Shown: positions 1 to 9,919, counted from the stretch's first letter. The stretch: 19,469 nucleotides of DNA from Azolla caroliniana (GCA_043228905.1 JBHGNT010000603.1:1-19469), one strand, 5' to 3'. Translations and numbers: made by a program. The notes: generated from the letters alone by a model not told the origin.

Positions 1-424
1 ACACTAATAAAATTACGCATGCACATCTAGCGGGCATGAATGCTAAATTTAGGAAATCGTAGTGGGAAAAGTAAAGCATGCACATTTAGAGGGCGTGAAC
101 ACTTTAGAAAAGCAAGAAGCTATGCTTAGCCTCTCCCGTCCTTATATAAGGAGGAGAGAAAGATGTATAAGGGTTGGTTATTTGGATTAAGTATTGATCA
201 ATATAAAAATTATTCGTGGGATTCACAATTTATGCATCTACTTCTTTCTTAACAACCTAAGTACCAATTAACATAGTATACTCGCGTGATTCACGAATTT
301 CTTATCTTTCTCTTTGCTATCTACTCATAATTAATCTCTATCTCACGATGTCCTTTCTCTTAGTCCAAAACCCCATCGGTTCCCACCCGACTCACGTAAC
401 GATCCGGCACCGAGAGGCACGACA
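1..424 (+). repeat. 5' LTR (3' portion only) of the Gypsy element
   Basis: Ungapped match to 6471-6894 with 9 substitutions in 424 nt by eye; ends ...GCACGACA, 4 nt before the PBS. Confidence 0.97.
131..158. promoter_or_regulatory. LTR TATA-box candidate inside a palindrome (also at 6601-6628)
   Basis: CTCTCC-CG-TCCTTATATAAGGA-GGAGAG; 139-152 is a perfect 14-bp palindrome centred on TATATA; identical in both LTRs. Confidence 0.55.
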
Positions 425-428
425 CAAG

Positions 429-447
429 TGGTGAACCCGACGTGAAT
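429..447 (+). promoter_or_regulatory. Primer binding site complementary to cytosolic tRNA-Trp
   Basis: TGGTGAACCCGACGTGAAT immediately after the LTR; reverse complement ATTCACGTCGGGTTCACCA matches the plant tRNA-Trp(CCA) 3' end as I recall it. Confidence 0.85.
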
Positions 448-462
448 ACGGGTGGCAAGGAG

Positions 463-2501
463 ATGGAGAATCAACAAGCTAACAATATGATGGCGGTGTT
501 CGAACGGATGCTACAAGAACAACGCGCGATGTCGGAGATTTCGGCAGCAGTAGAGCGGCTCGTGCAACGCAACGGGCAATTCAACGGTAAGGACGTGTCG
601 CGATATTGCAGGACTACAAGGCAAAGATGCTCCGGTGCCGGATTTCGGAAGGACTACAAGTGATATCCTTCAACCGGGTGGCGACCAACGGGCTTCAAGG
701 GAGTATCCACGGGTTACAACAGCAAAATCCGACATGGGAAGCATTTGAAGAAGCGTTAAAGACCACATTCGCCATCGAGGACTCCTCCAAGGCAACGCGG
801 AGGGGATTCGAAGATTGGGTGGAAACGCCAGGTAAGGGGCTAAAGGTCGTCGAAGTGTTTTCGTCATTCGAAAGTCGGTTCAGGGGGTTGTCCGCGAGAG
901 GTCAAACTATTCTTGCACCAGACAAACTCACCATGTTTTTGCGAGTTGTGGACGTCCGGTACCGGAAAGATCTCGTAGTGCTTCTGGAGGAGACGACCAC
1001 CGAAAGCGGCCTCACCGAAACGTGGGAAAGCGTGCGGGATATCGTCGCGCGATACACGAAGAGGGGGAAATGGCTTGCTAACGAAGAGAAGAGGGTTTCG
1101 GAACCGATTCCGAAACCGAGATCTGGATTGGAGGACCATCAACTGCGGACTCAAGAGATTACGACCGAGAAGGGGATTGACGCAACCACGGTGGAGCAGT
1201 TGTTGAAAGATATGGAGAATCTGAAAATCGCGATGGTGAAGAAGTCGGGAGACCGTCCCACAAACTCCAAGTATATGGACCGTCAATGTATATGGTGTGA
1301 TAGCACCGAACACGATCGGAGGGATTGCGACGAGCACAAGGAGGTGTTACGACGGGATCTTATCTACTACGAGGGAAATCGGATTCATTCGATGGACTCT
1401 CGGAAGCCACTCCGACCGAACTTCCAGAAAGGCGGGATGAAGAAGGTTCTAGAGGAGGAAATAGCGGAAAAAGGTAATTATGCGACAACCGCAGGGATAA
1501 GTGTGGGTGAGTCGTCGGGAGCAAAGGCGTCTTTTTGGCCAGGTATGCTAGAAAACCCCGAGAAAACCGACTCCAATGAGATCCGAAGCACCGCAGAAGG
1601 CATTCGTGAAGCTACAGGATGGGAGTGCCCCATGGATAAGAATAACGTGTTTGCTTTATGCCAATTGCATGAAGTGTATGTAGATGAGAAGCGATGGCGC
1701 ACACATGAGGCGGCCGGTCCATCGAAGACACCGGAAAGCTGGAACTCCGGAGGTAAGAGAAAAGAAAAGATGATTCCAGCATTCCAGCTCGCGTCGGACA
1801 TCGAACAACAAACGGACTTGAAAAAGGTGTTCGAGGAGAGAATCCTCGATAGCCGGGTAGATTTTTCGCTTCGAGAATTACTTGGAATAGCGAAGAAGGA
1901 GTTCCACGATCTTCTTGTGGATCTCGTGAAGAGAAAAAGGCAAAGTACGGAGGAGAACGCTACAAGGGTGAATGCAAATACCGTTCTAATGAATGACACC
2001 AAATTGGAGGACGAAATACCGAATTCTCACTATACAAAGCCACACTAGGCACGCGCAACTACGGAGACTCCGGTCCGAATCGGTAACATCAAAGAACCCG
2101 TGCTAGCATTGATTGATCACAAATCGGAGATCAACTTGATGTCCAAGGAGTTCTACCGGAAGGGTAAGTGGCCTATTAACACGAATCATGGGTGGAAGAT
2201 CCGGGCAGCCACTAAAGCAACGGAAGAACTATTTGCGGCTTGTCCGGATGTGATGGTGAAGATTGGGGATGTGGAGATAGACCAAAATTTCTTTGTGCAA
2301 GATGAGGTCTCACACTCCGTGATCCTTGGGCAACCCTTTATCACGGCATCACAGATGGAGACGAAGGTGCTCGATAACGGTGCGGCTTTTGCGCGAATTC
2401 AGAGCCAAAACGGAGGGAAATCCGTCCAATTCCTAACGGTGCTGGCAAATCATGAAAGGAACAAGAGGGAGCTCTTGTCCCAAACGAAGATGGATTTTTA
2501 G
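463..2501 (+). pseudogene. gag: Gypsy gag-protease ORF, disrupted (frameshift near 607, in-frame TAG at 2046-2048)
   Basis: FNGKDVSRY|LQDY split across ORFs 442 and 606; CIWCDSTEHDRRDC CCHC knuckle at about 1287-1328; TAG where W fits (H*ARAT); aspartic protease LIDH(K)SEINLM...VILGQPF in ORF 2100-2501 in the same frame. Confidence 0.9.
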
Positions 2502-2555
2502 ATCGGACTGTTGCGGAGTGGGGAAGTGATAGTCCGAGAAGCCCTGATACCCCAC
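2492..2555 (+). promoter_or_regulatory. Programmed -1 ribosomal frameshift signal (G GAU UUU plus predicted H-type pseudoknot) linking gag-PR to pol
   Basis: Heptamer 2492-2498 directly before the gag-PR stop; the -1 frame is open from there into ORF 2636; stem 1 2503-2514/2526-2537, stem 2 GTGGGG 2518-2523 with CCCCAC 2550-2555. Confidence 0.75.
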
Positions 2556-5500
2556 ACAGGAAGAAGACTCTTGGAGCAAAACAAGTACGAATCGGTCCAG
2601 ATGGGGCATCCACGTACACGGCCGTAACCGGAGGAATGAAGAAAGAATACCGAAAAGTGGAGGATAAGTTATGGTCGGCATCAATAATAAAAGAAGACGA
2701 AGAAATCGTGGGAATAGTTGAAGAAGTGTTCTATGGGAGCACACTACAACGGCTTGAAGAACTTGCAGAAGATACAAGCCATGAAAACCGGGTAATTCCG
2801 GTGGAGTTGGTCGAGATGTACGAGATCATTGTGAAAATGGGGTCGGATGCGCTCCGCAAAGAAGAAGCAATGGTAAGTACGAAATACAAGACCGTGGAAA
2901 AGAAAGTGAAACCGGCCGCAGGACCGTTACCCGCAGATAGCGAACAAAAGGGGAAAGAAGTCTCGGGGGATCCGACACTTCGGAAGTCCATGGATATCGG
3001 ACAGGCCTTCTTGGGAGACCCGGAAGAAACTTCGAATCGGTGGAGGTGGTTTCCTGTCACAAAAAGAAGAAGAACGGTTTCATGAGATGCTAGAACAACA
3101 TGGAAAAGCATTTGCATTCACATCGAAGGAGATAGGGTGCGTTGATCCGAAGATAGTGGAGCCGATGGTGATCTTCAGGATTGACCATGTGTCGTGGAGC
3201 CTGAAGCCGATTCCGGTGCCACAGGCGCATATTCCGAAAATCATCGACTTGCTCAAGGAGAAGGTGGCGATGGGGATTCTAGAGCCATCAAATGCTCCGT
3301 ACTCAAATCGATGGTTTACGGTTTTGAAGAAGAATGGGTCACTCCGATTTATCCAAGACTTGCAACCGGTGAACAAGGTCACGATCCGGAATTCCGGAGT
3401 CGGTCCGATAGTGGACGAATTTGCGGAAGCATTTGTTGGTCGCGTGATATACTCCATCGGAGACCTATACTCTGGATATGACCAATTCCAACTGGTCGTG
3501 GAGAGCCGGGACATCACTACCATGCAGACACCGATAGGATTAGTCCGGATGTGTACGCTAGCACAAGGCGCGACGAACTCAGTCGCACATATGATGAATG
3601 TGATGAACAAGGTGCTCCGGGATTGCATACCGGAGATAACGATGTCGTTCCTAGATGACATTCCGATGAAAGGGTGTGCAGTGGAAGAAAAAGATGAAGC
3701 TATGGATGAACGGGAATGCCGAAGGTTCGTAGTCAACCATATCCGTGATTGTGAGAAAGTGTTACGGAAGTTAGAAGATGTGCATCTAACACTTTCCGGA
3801 GAGAAATCGGCATTCGGACAAGAAGAAATATCGGTAGTCAGACATCTATGTGGGCCCTACGGCAGAAGACCGTCGCCAACCAAGATCGATGCGATTCAAG
3901 CTATGAAAGAAGTATGCGAGTCACAATCTGAAGTCCGAAGGTTTCTTGGAGCATGTGCATTCTATCACATATGGATTCTGCACTACGCACATATTGCGGA
4001 CCCGCTCTATCACTTGTTGCGGAAGGGGAAGAAATTCGAATGGAAACCGGAACAAACCGAAGCCATGAGGAAGCTCAAGAAAACACTGCGGAGGGTTGAA
4101 GCTCTAAAGAAGCCGAACTATGACCGACCAATTATATTAATGGTTGATACAAGTCCAACCGGAATCGGATGGGTCATCAATCAACTCGACTCGGGTGGTT
4201 CGCGATATCCGATCCGATTCGGAGCAAAAGTTCTCAACGAAAGGCAACGCGGGTATGCGCAAGTCAAAAGAGAATTATGGGGAGTCGCGTCGGCAATCAA
4301 ATCGGATCGAGATTATTTTATCGGAGCCGAAGTAGTGATCGAAACGGATTGTCTTCCGATACTCGGGATGATGCGGTGTTGTACTATACCGGATGTGGCT
4401 ATGCTAAGGTGGATTGCATATGTTAAGTCACTTAATCCGGAGGTAAGACACATCTCCGGAAAAGACAACGTTGTAGCGGATATGCTATCAAGGGCGAGGT
4501 TAGGAGATGACATAACCGAATCTGATAATGAAGAAGTTTCCGAAGACTATTTTGCTTCGGAGCACATATGTCGGGTGGACGTAATCCAAGAATTCCGGGA
4601 AGAAGAATACGAGGGAGAAAGCTTGTTGATCGGGAAAATGCTACAAGAAAACGAGGAATCATCGGACAATAAAGAGAAGAGAGTCGAGATCCGAAGTAAG
4701 AAACGGCAAGTCCGAAAGTTCTTCTTGAAAAATGGATTTTTATGGAGGGATCCGAAAAGACTGGGTGGCATACCACTTCGAGTAGTCGGAACAAAAGAGC
4801 AACGAAACCAGGTAATGTCCGAATCTCACGAATCTGATTGGGTTGGACATCGGGGAACATGGGGAACATTTGGGAAGATCAAGCAAAGATATTGGTGGAA
4901 GAATATGTACAAAGATGTCGCGGAGTTCACGGAAAGCTGCGAGAAGTGTCAAATCTACTCCAGATTTCGACACCGAGATGAGTTACATCCGACATTCTCA
5001 CCGACAATCAACTTCAAATGGATGGTCGACATTGTAGCCATGCCAACCGGGATCGGACAAAAGAAGTACTTGGTGTTAGCTCGAGAAGATCTCACAAATC
5101 AAGTAGAAGGTCGGGCGCTACGAAGAAAAACGTGTTTTGCGGTATGTCAATTTCTTTTGGAAGAAGTGTTTTGCAGGTATGGGTGCGTAGGACAAGTGAT
5201 TGCGGATTGGGGAGAACTTGACTCTGATAAAGCTAGGGGATTCTTCGCCAAACATGGAGTTCGGTTAACACTAACAACGGCATACAATCCGGAAGCCAAC
5301 GGGAAGGTCGAGCGAGGACATAGTCCGATCGTCAAAGCACTTGCCAAAGCATGCGACGGAAGGGTGATGGATTGGCCGCAGATGCTCCCGTATGCACTAT
5401 GGGCAAATCGGACGACGCATAGCTCCGTAACCGGTTATATGCCGGCAGAACTTATGACCGGACAAGCACCGGTAATGCCGATGGAAACCGCAATCGTGAC

Positions 5501-6101
5501 ATGGACAATGCTACCGTGGAAGGAAGAGATGAGCCGGGAAGAACTACTAGCGGTCCAGATATGACAATTGGAGGGAAGACCGGAAGATGTAACAGAAGCG
5601 TCACGCCGACAACAAGAAGCGCGACTTCGGAACAAAAGCCGGTTCGACACCAAGCACCGACTACGACCACGGAAGATTGAAGAAGGAGATTGGGTGATTG
5701 TCTATGACAGTAGTTTGGATCATCAACATACAACGGTACGGAAGTTCGCAAAAAGGTGGTTCGGCCCATATGAGGTTCGGAAAGTTTTCGACAACGGAAC
5801 TTACCGACTAAGTGAATTGGATGGAACGATACTACGAGTGCCTATAGCAGGGAAACGGGTGAGGATCTTCAAGAAGCGGACTAACAACAAATCTTATGTA
5901 GCCATAGACGAGACCGACAATGAGGAGCAACCGGACAAAGATCGCGGTGATGCGGATAGTGAAGAAAGTGGACTTCAACTCGTAGTTGACATAAGGGAAG
6001 ATTCGGAGAGCAATACGGATGGAGGCGAATATAGAACATCAAGAACTTCGGCACATACCGGAGGATGTGCAGGTTTAGAGGGGGTGAGTGTCGTAGTGTA
6101 A
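2498..6101 (+). pseudogene. pol: Gypsy pol (RT-RNase H-integrase), disrupted (frameshift near 3010, TGA at 5562-5564)
   Basis: RT motifs DLYSGYDQ and FLDD; RNase H DTS/ETD/ADMLSR; integrase HHCC (SHE..GHRG..CEKC), D-D-E core (VDIV, ADWGE, NGKVER); WFGPYEV GPY/F motif in ORF 5568-6101, which reads through the PPT into the LTR. Confidence 0.95.
6077..6088 (+). other. Polypurine tract
   Basis: AGAGGGGGTGAG immediately before the TG of the 3' LTR. Confidence 0.9.
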
Positions 6102-6894
6102 TTTACACACTACGTGGAAATTGCATTTTGTCCATCCGGATAGAGAATGAAATACCCCGTGAGAACCGAACGAAGAGGAACCGGCAAGGAGGAATCGGCA
6201 AGGAAGAGCCGGATGAAGAAGGCTGGTGAGAGTCTCTTACGGGATGAAGAGACACAATTGTAAATAAAAGAAACATTAAAATTTCTGTTACGTGCATAGG
6301 GCAGGATTCAAACCCTACACCTCCACGCAGACAAATTCCAGCCTTACCATTATACTAACTTATTCTAAATGTTTCAAATATAGATTTAATACGTATAAAA
6401 CCTTTATTTTCGCCTACCTTTATTAAAAGGTAAGTCATGCATTTTTTAAATGCGTGAAAATTTTATATGTACACTAATAAAATTACGTATGCACATCTAG
6501 CGGGCATGAATGCTAAATTTAGGAAATCGTAGTAGGAAAAGTAAAGCATGCACATTTAGAGGGCATGAACACTTTAGAAAAGCAAGAAGCTATGCTTAGC
6601 CTCTCCCGTCCTTATATAAGGAGGAGAGAAAGATGTATAAGGGTTGGTTATTTGGATTAAGTATTGATCAATATAAAAATTATTCGTGGGATTCACGATT
6701 TATGCATCTACTTCTTTCTTAACAACCTAAGTACCAATTAATATAGTATACTCGCGTGATTCACGAATTTCTTATCTTTCTCTTTGCTATCTACTCATAA
6801 TTAATCTCTATCTCACGATGTCCTTTCTCTTAGTCCAAAACCCCAGCGGTTCCCACCCGACTCACGTAACGATCCAGCGTCGAGAGGCACGACA
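6089..6894 (+). repeat. 3' LTR of the Gypsy element (806 bp)
   Basis: TGTCGT...ACGACA terminal inverted repeat, follows the PPT, distal 424 nt match 1-424; ACGTA (6895-6899) is the candidate TSD. Confidence 0.95.
6298..6362 (-). promoter_or_regulatory. tRNA-like Pol III A-box/B-box module in the LTR U3, antisense to the element
   Basis: Minus strand TAGTATAATGG(TAAG) at 6357-6347 and GGTTTGAATCC at 6314-6304 (starts 43 nt apart), T-arm-like GTAGG...CCTGC, TTTT at 6281-6278; no full cloverleaf. Confidence 0.6.
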
Positions 6895-7603
6895 ACGTAT
6901 TTTACGTATAATACGTTAAATACTTCTAGAATTTGAAAATTATTTACCTTTCTAAAAAATATCTATAATATTGTAAAAAACATCTATGTTTACACAATTT
7001 TGTGATGTACAATATAGTTCTACATCCTAAAATGCATATAAGACATTTGAACATTTCACATCCTAAAATACTTGTAGTAATATGGATGTCAACATTCCCT
7101 TATTCTATAAATCAGTGTAAGTGTGTATCACAATGTTCTACTTCAAATTGTAATTATTTAAAATTATACCTTCATAGATTAAGGAATCGTCTACGATTAT
7201 CACACTCATGATAGGTTTCTCTTTTCTTCGTTTTCTTCTTCTTCTTCTTCTTCTTCTTCTATCTACTGCGATTATCACACTCAAGACAGGTTTATGTCTT
7301 CTTTTCTCTCTTCTTCTTCATCTTCTTCATCTTCTTCATCGTCGTCTCTTCTATTCTTCTTTCTTCCTACTTTGGATTCTTTTTCACTGAAATCGTTTTT
7401 TTCTTTTGCTTTTTGTTAGGGTTTTACTTACATTTTCTTTATAAATACGTATTATACCTATTTTTTTATAAATAGGTTAAATACCGTATTGGGCAAATGT
7501 ACATGATATTTGATTGAACAACATTGAGGTATAGTGCGTACTATACAAATGATGAGGTATTATACGTATTTAAACGTTAAATACGGGTACGTAAACAACC
7601 ATG
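6895..7603. mobile_element. AT-rich non-autonomous DNA-transposon-like remnant (possibly hAT/MITE) into which the Gypsy inserted
   Basis: Clustered TACGTA/ACGTATT motifs at 6895-6920 and 7445-7595; possible terminus ...TACGTAAACAACCATG; same motif style as the insert at 8408-8713. The other end is not in the window. Confidence 0.35.
7233..7259 (+). repeat. (TTC)9 microsatellite within a longer CT-rich tract (to about 7410)
   Basis: Direct reading; explains the spurious Leu-rich ORF 7208-7390. Confidence 0.95.
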
Positions 7604-7706
7604 ATCATGATTCACGATATAGTTTAGGGTTTGAGATACAAAATGAATATAGTGCCGACAACTGAATGTAGTCTCGGCCAACCGTGGGATTGTTTCAATT
7701 CGCTAA

Positions 7707-7786
7707 TGAGAACTTTGGAGTTTGAACCCATGCCCTTTTGGAATGGAACCTAAATCCAATGCCTTACACCACTCGACCAAATTGTC
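7707..7786 (-). pseudogene. Degenerate tRNA-Leu(UAG) copy
   Basis: 80-nt ungapped match to 9840-9919 with many substitutions in the acceptor, D, anticodon and T stems. Confidence 0.85.
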
Positions 7787-8038
7787 GATGTGTTGATGAC
7801 ATCAAAACAATTCCACACTTCATAAAGTTGCTCAAAACTGATAAAAAAGATAGTGATATTTTAAGTGGTATCAATTTAGGTCGTTGGGCAACAATGTTAA
7901 GCACATAAATATGCAATGCAGGCACTAGGTCGATGAAAGGACAAGCTTACAATTTTTTATGGCCCTCTTTTGTACAAGAATAACGTAGTAGTTATTTCAT
8001 GAAAAGTTTGGTAATGCTAGATTGTTTAAATTCACTAC

Positions 8039-8159
8039 TGACAACTGTGGGATTTGAATCCATGACATCAAAACAAGTCCACACTTGATAAAGTTGCTAA
8101 ATAGTGTTAAAAAAGAGAGTGATATTTTAACTGGTGTTAATGTGGGATTTGAACCCATG
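8039..8159 (-). pseudogene. Two tRNA-Leu 3' fragments (T-arm only) in a deleted, partly duplicated monomer
   Basis: TGACAACTGTGGGATTTGAATCCA|TGACATC at 8039 and TGTGGGATTTGAACCCA|TGATATC at 8141; the same double structure recurs at 12892 and 12994. Confidence 0.8.
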
Positions 8160-8407
8160 ATATCAAAACAAGTCCACACTTGATAAAGTTCCTAAAGAGT
8201 GTTAAAAAAGAGAGTGATCTTTTAAGTGGTGTCAATTTAGGTCGTTGGGCAACAATGTTAAGCACATCAATGTCCAATGTAGGCACTAGGTCGAATAAAG
8301 GACATACTTACAAATTTTTATGGCGCTCTTTTGTACAAGAATAACGTAGTAGTTATTTCATGAAAAGTTTGGTAATGCTAGATTATTTAAATTCACTAAT
8401 GACAACC

Positions 8408-8713
8408 ACAATTGTTAAAAAACGTGTATTCTACGTTTAAGGTACATTTTAGAATACTCTGAAGTATTCTACACGTATTCTACATTTTATTACTGCCGTT
8501 TTTAAAATTTGACATATTCTACGTATCTAACAAGTCTTTATCATTTCACAAAATATTTTCTTTTTTTTTTCAAAAGAAAAAGTTTAAATTTTAAGAAGTA
8601 TTTCACGCTTTTTACAAATATTCTAGACGTATTCTAAGTATTTAAAAAAAAAGTTACAATACTTGTAGAGTACGTATTGTACGCGTATTTTATGCGAAGT
8701 ATTTTACAACAAT
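8408..8713. mobile_element. MITE-like AT-rich insert replacing most of one tRNA monomer
   Basis: Non-array sequence between TGACAAC (8400-8406) and CAATTTAGGTC; imperfect inverted ends AATTGTT.../...AACAATT; repeated ACGTATTCTA-type motifs. Confidence 0.55.
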
Positions 8714-8876
8714 TTAGGTCATTGGGCAACAATGTTAAGCACATCAATGTGCAATGCAAGCACTATGTCGAATAAAAGCCAGGTTTACAATATTTTATGG
8801 CCCTCTTTTGTACAAGAATAACATAATAGTTAGTTCATGAAAAGTTTGGTATTACTAGATTATTTAAATTCACTAA

Positions 8877-8955
8877 TGACAACTGTGGGATTTGAACCCA
8901 CGCCCTCTATATTGAAGCCTAATTCCAATGCATTAGACCACTCCACCAAATAGTC
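8877..8955 (-). pseudogene. Degenerate tRNA-Leu(UAG) copy
   Basis: Intact T arm and B box, but damaged variable arm, anticodon arm and A box. Confidence 0.85.
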
Positions 8956-9197
8956 AATGTGTTGACATCAAAACAAGTCCATACTGTTGCTAAAGAGTGT
9001 TAACAAAGAGAGTGATATTTGAAGTAGTGTCAATTTAGGTCGTTGCGCAACAATGCTTAGCATACCAATGTGCAATGCAGGAACTAGGTCGAAGAAAGGA
9101 CACGCTTACAATTTTTTATGGCACTCTTTTTTACAAAAATAACGTAGTAGTTACTTCATGAAAAGTTTGGTAATGCTAGATTGTTTAAATTCACTAA

Positions 9198-9277
9198 TGA
9201 CAACAGTGGGATTTGAACCTAAGTCCTTTCGAATTGGAGCCTAAATCCAACGCCTTAGACCACTCAGCCAAATTGTC
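9198..9277 (-). pseudogene. tRNA-Leu(UAG) copy with disrupted T stem
   Basis: Anticodon arm TTGGA-TTTAGGC-TCCAA intact; T stem reads TTAGG...CCCAC (mismatched). Confidence 0.8.
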
Positions 9278-9389
9278 AATGTGTTGATGACATCAAAACA
9301 AATCCACAATTGATAGAGTTGCTAAACAGTGTTAAAAGAGAGTGATATTTGAAGTGGGGTCAATTTAGGTCATTGGGCAACAATGCTAA

Positions 9390-9485
9390 ACATATCAATG
9401 TGCAATGCAAGCACTTGGTTGAAGAAAGGACATGCTTACATATCAATGTGCAATGCAAGCACTTGGTTGAAGAAAGGACATGCTT
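9390..9485 (+). repeat. Exact 48-bp tandem duplication in a spacer
   Basis: ACATATCAATGTGCAATGCAAGCACTTGGTTGAAGAAAGGACATGCTT twice, with ACA microhomology; explains the 378-bp monomer. Confidence 0.9.
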
Positions 9486-9575
9486 ACAATATTTTATGGC
9501 CCTCTTTTGTACAAGAATAACGTGGTAGTTATTTCATGAATAGTTTGGTAATGCTAGATTGTTTGAATTCGTTAT

Positions 9576-9605
9576 TGTCAACGATGGGATTTGAACCCAC
9601 GCCCT
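9576..9605 (-). pseudogene. tRNA-Leu 3' third (recurrent deletion allele; also 11244-11273 and 12626-12655)
   Basis: All three end GAACCCACGCCCT|AGA(A/G)A(C/T)AAGTCCACAC, giving 264-266-bp monomers. Confidence 0.85.
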
Positions 9606-9839
9606 AGAAATAAGTCCACACTTGAAAAAGTTGCTAAAGAGTGTTAAAAAAGAGAATGATATTTTAAGTGGTGTCCATTCAGGTCATTGGGCAACAATTA
9701 AGCATATCAATGTGCAATGCATGCACTAGGTCGAATAAAGGACATGCTTACAATTTGTTATGGCTCTCTTTTGTACAAGAAAGACGTAGTAGTTATTTCA
9801 TGAAACGTTTGGTAATGCTAGATTATTTAATTTTAGTAA

Positions 9840-9919
9840 TGACAACTGTGGGATTTGAACCCACGCCCTTTCGGATTGGAGCCTAAATCCAACGCCTTAG
9901 ACCACTCGGCCAAATTGTC
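9840..9919 (-). tRNA. tRNA-Leu(UAG), structurally intact
   Basis: GACAATTTGGCCGAGTGGTCTAAGGCGTTGGATTTAGGCTCCAATCCGAAAGGGCGTGGGTTCAAATCCCACAGTTGTCA: 7-bp acceptor stem, A box, 5-bp anticodon stem with TAG, long variable arm, B box, discriminator A, no encoded CCA; CAA at about -9. Confidence 0.9.

Larger units (their letters stand above)
1..6894 (+). mobile_element. Ty3/Gypsy LTR retrotransposon, non-chromovirus type, near full length (5' LTR cut by window edge), coding region inactivated
   Basis: 1-424 repeats directly at 6471-6894; PBS at 429; gag zinc knuckle, protease, RT, RNase H and integrase in Gypsy order; PPT at 6077-6088; 3' LTR bounded by TGTCGT...ACGACA; no chromodomain after GPY/F. 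Confidence 0.97.

Noticed and set aside
2046-2048. Programmed stop read-through between gag and protease
   Set aside because: Context H*ARAT fits a TGG-to-TAG mutation, and other decay lesions are present; the family consensus would settle it.
670-5769. Antisense and alternate-frame ORFs over gag/pol (e.g. 1478-2002, 3080-3736)
   Set aside because: Shadow ORFs of the retrotransposon frame with no recognisable motifs.
5568-6101. env-like or chromodomain ORF after pol
   Set aside because: It is the in-frame integrase C-terminus (GPY/F) after a premature TGA; no transmembrane or chromo motif.
6298-6362. Functional tRNA gene in the LTR
   Set aside because: No acceptor stem or anticodon arm can be formed; kept only as a promoter-like module.
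7002-7390. Small membrane or secreted proteins (ORFs 7002-7211 and 7208-7390)
   Set aside because: The Leu run comes from the (TTC)n microsatellite; no other coding signal.
7417-7632. Interstitial telomere repeats (TTAGGG at 7416, TTTAGGG at 7623)
   Set aside because: Isolated single units, expected by chance in AT-rich DNA.
9840-9919. Amber suppressor tRNA that could read through the TAG stops nearby
   Set aside because: The anticodon is 5'-UAG-3', which reads CUA (Leu); an amber suppressor needs anticodon CUA.
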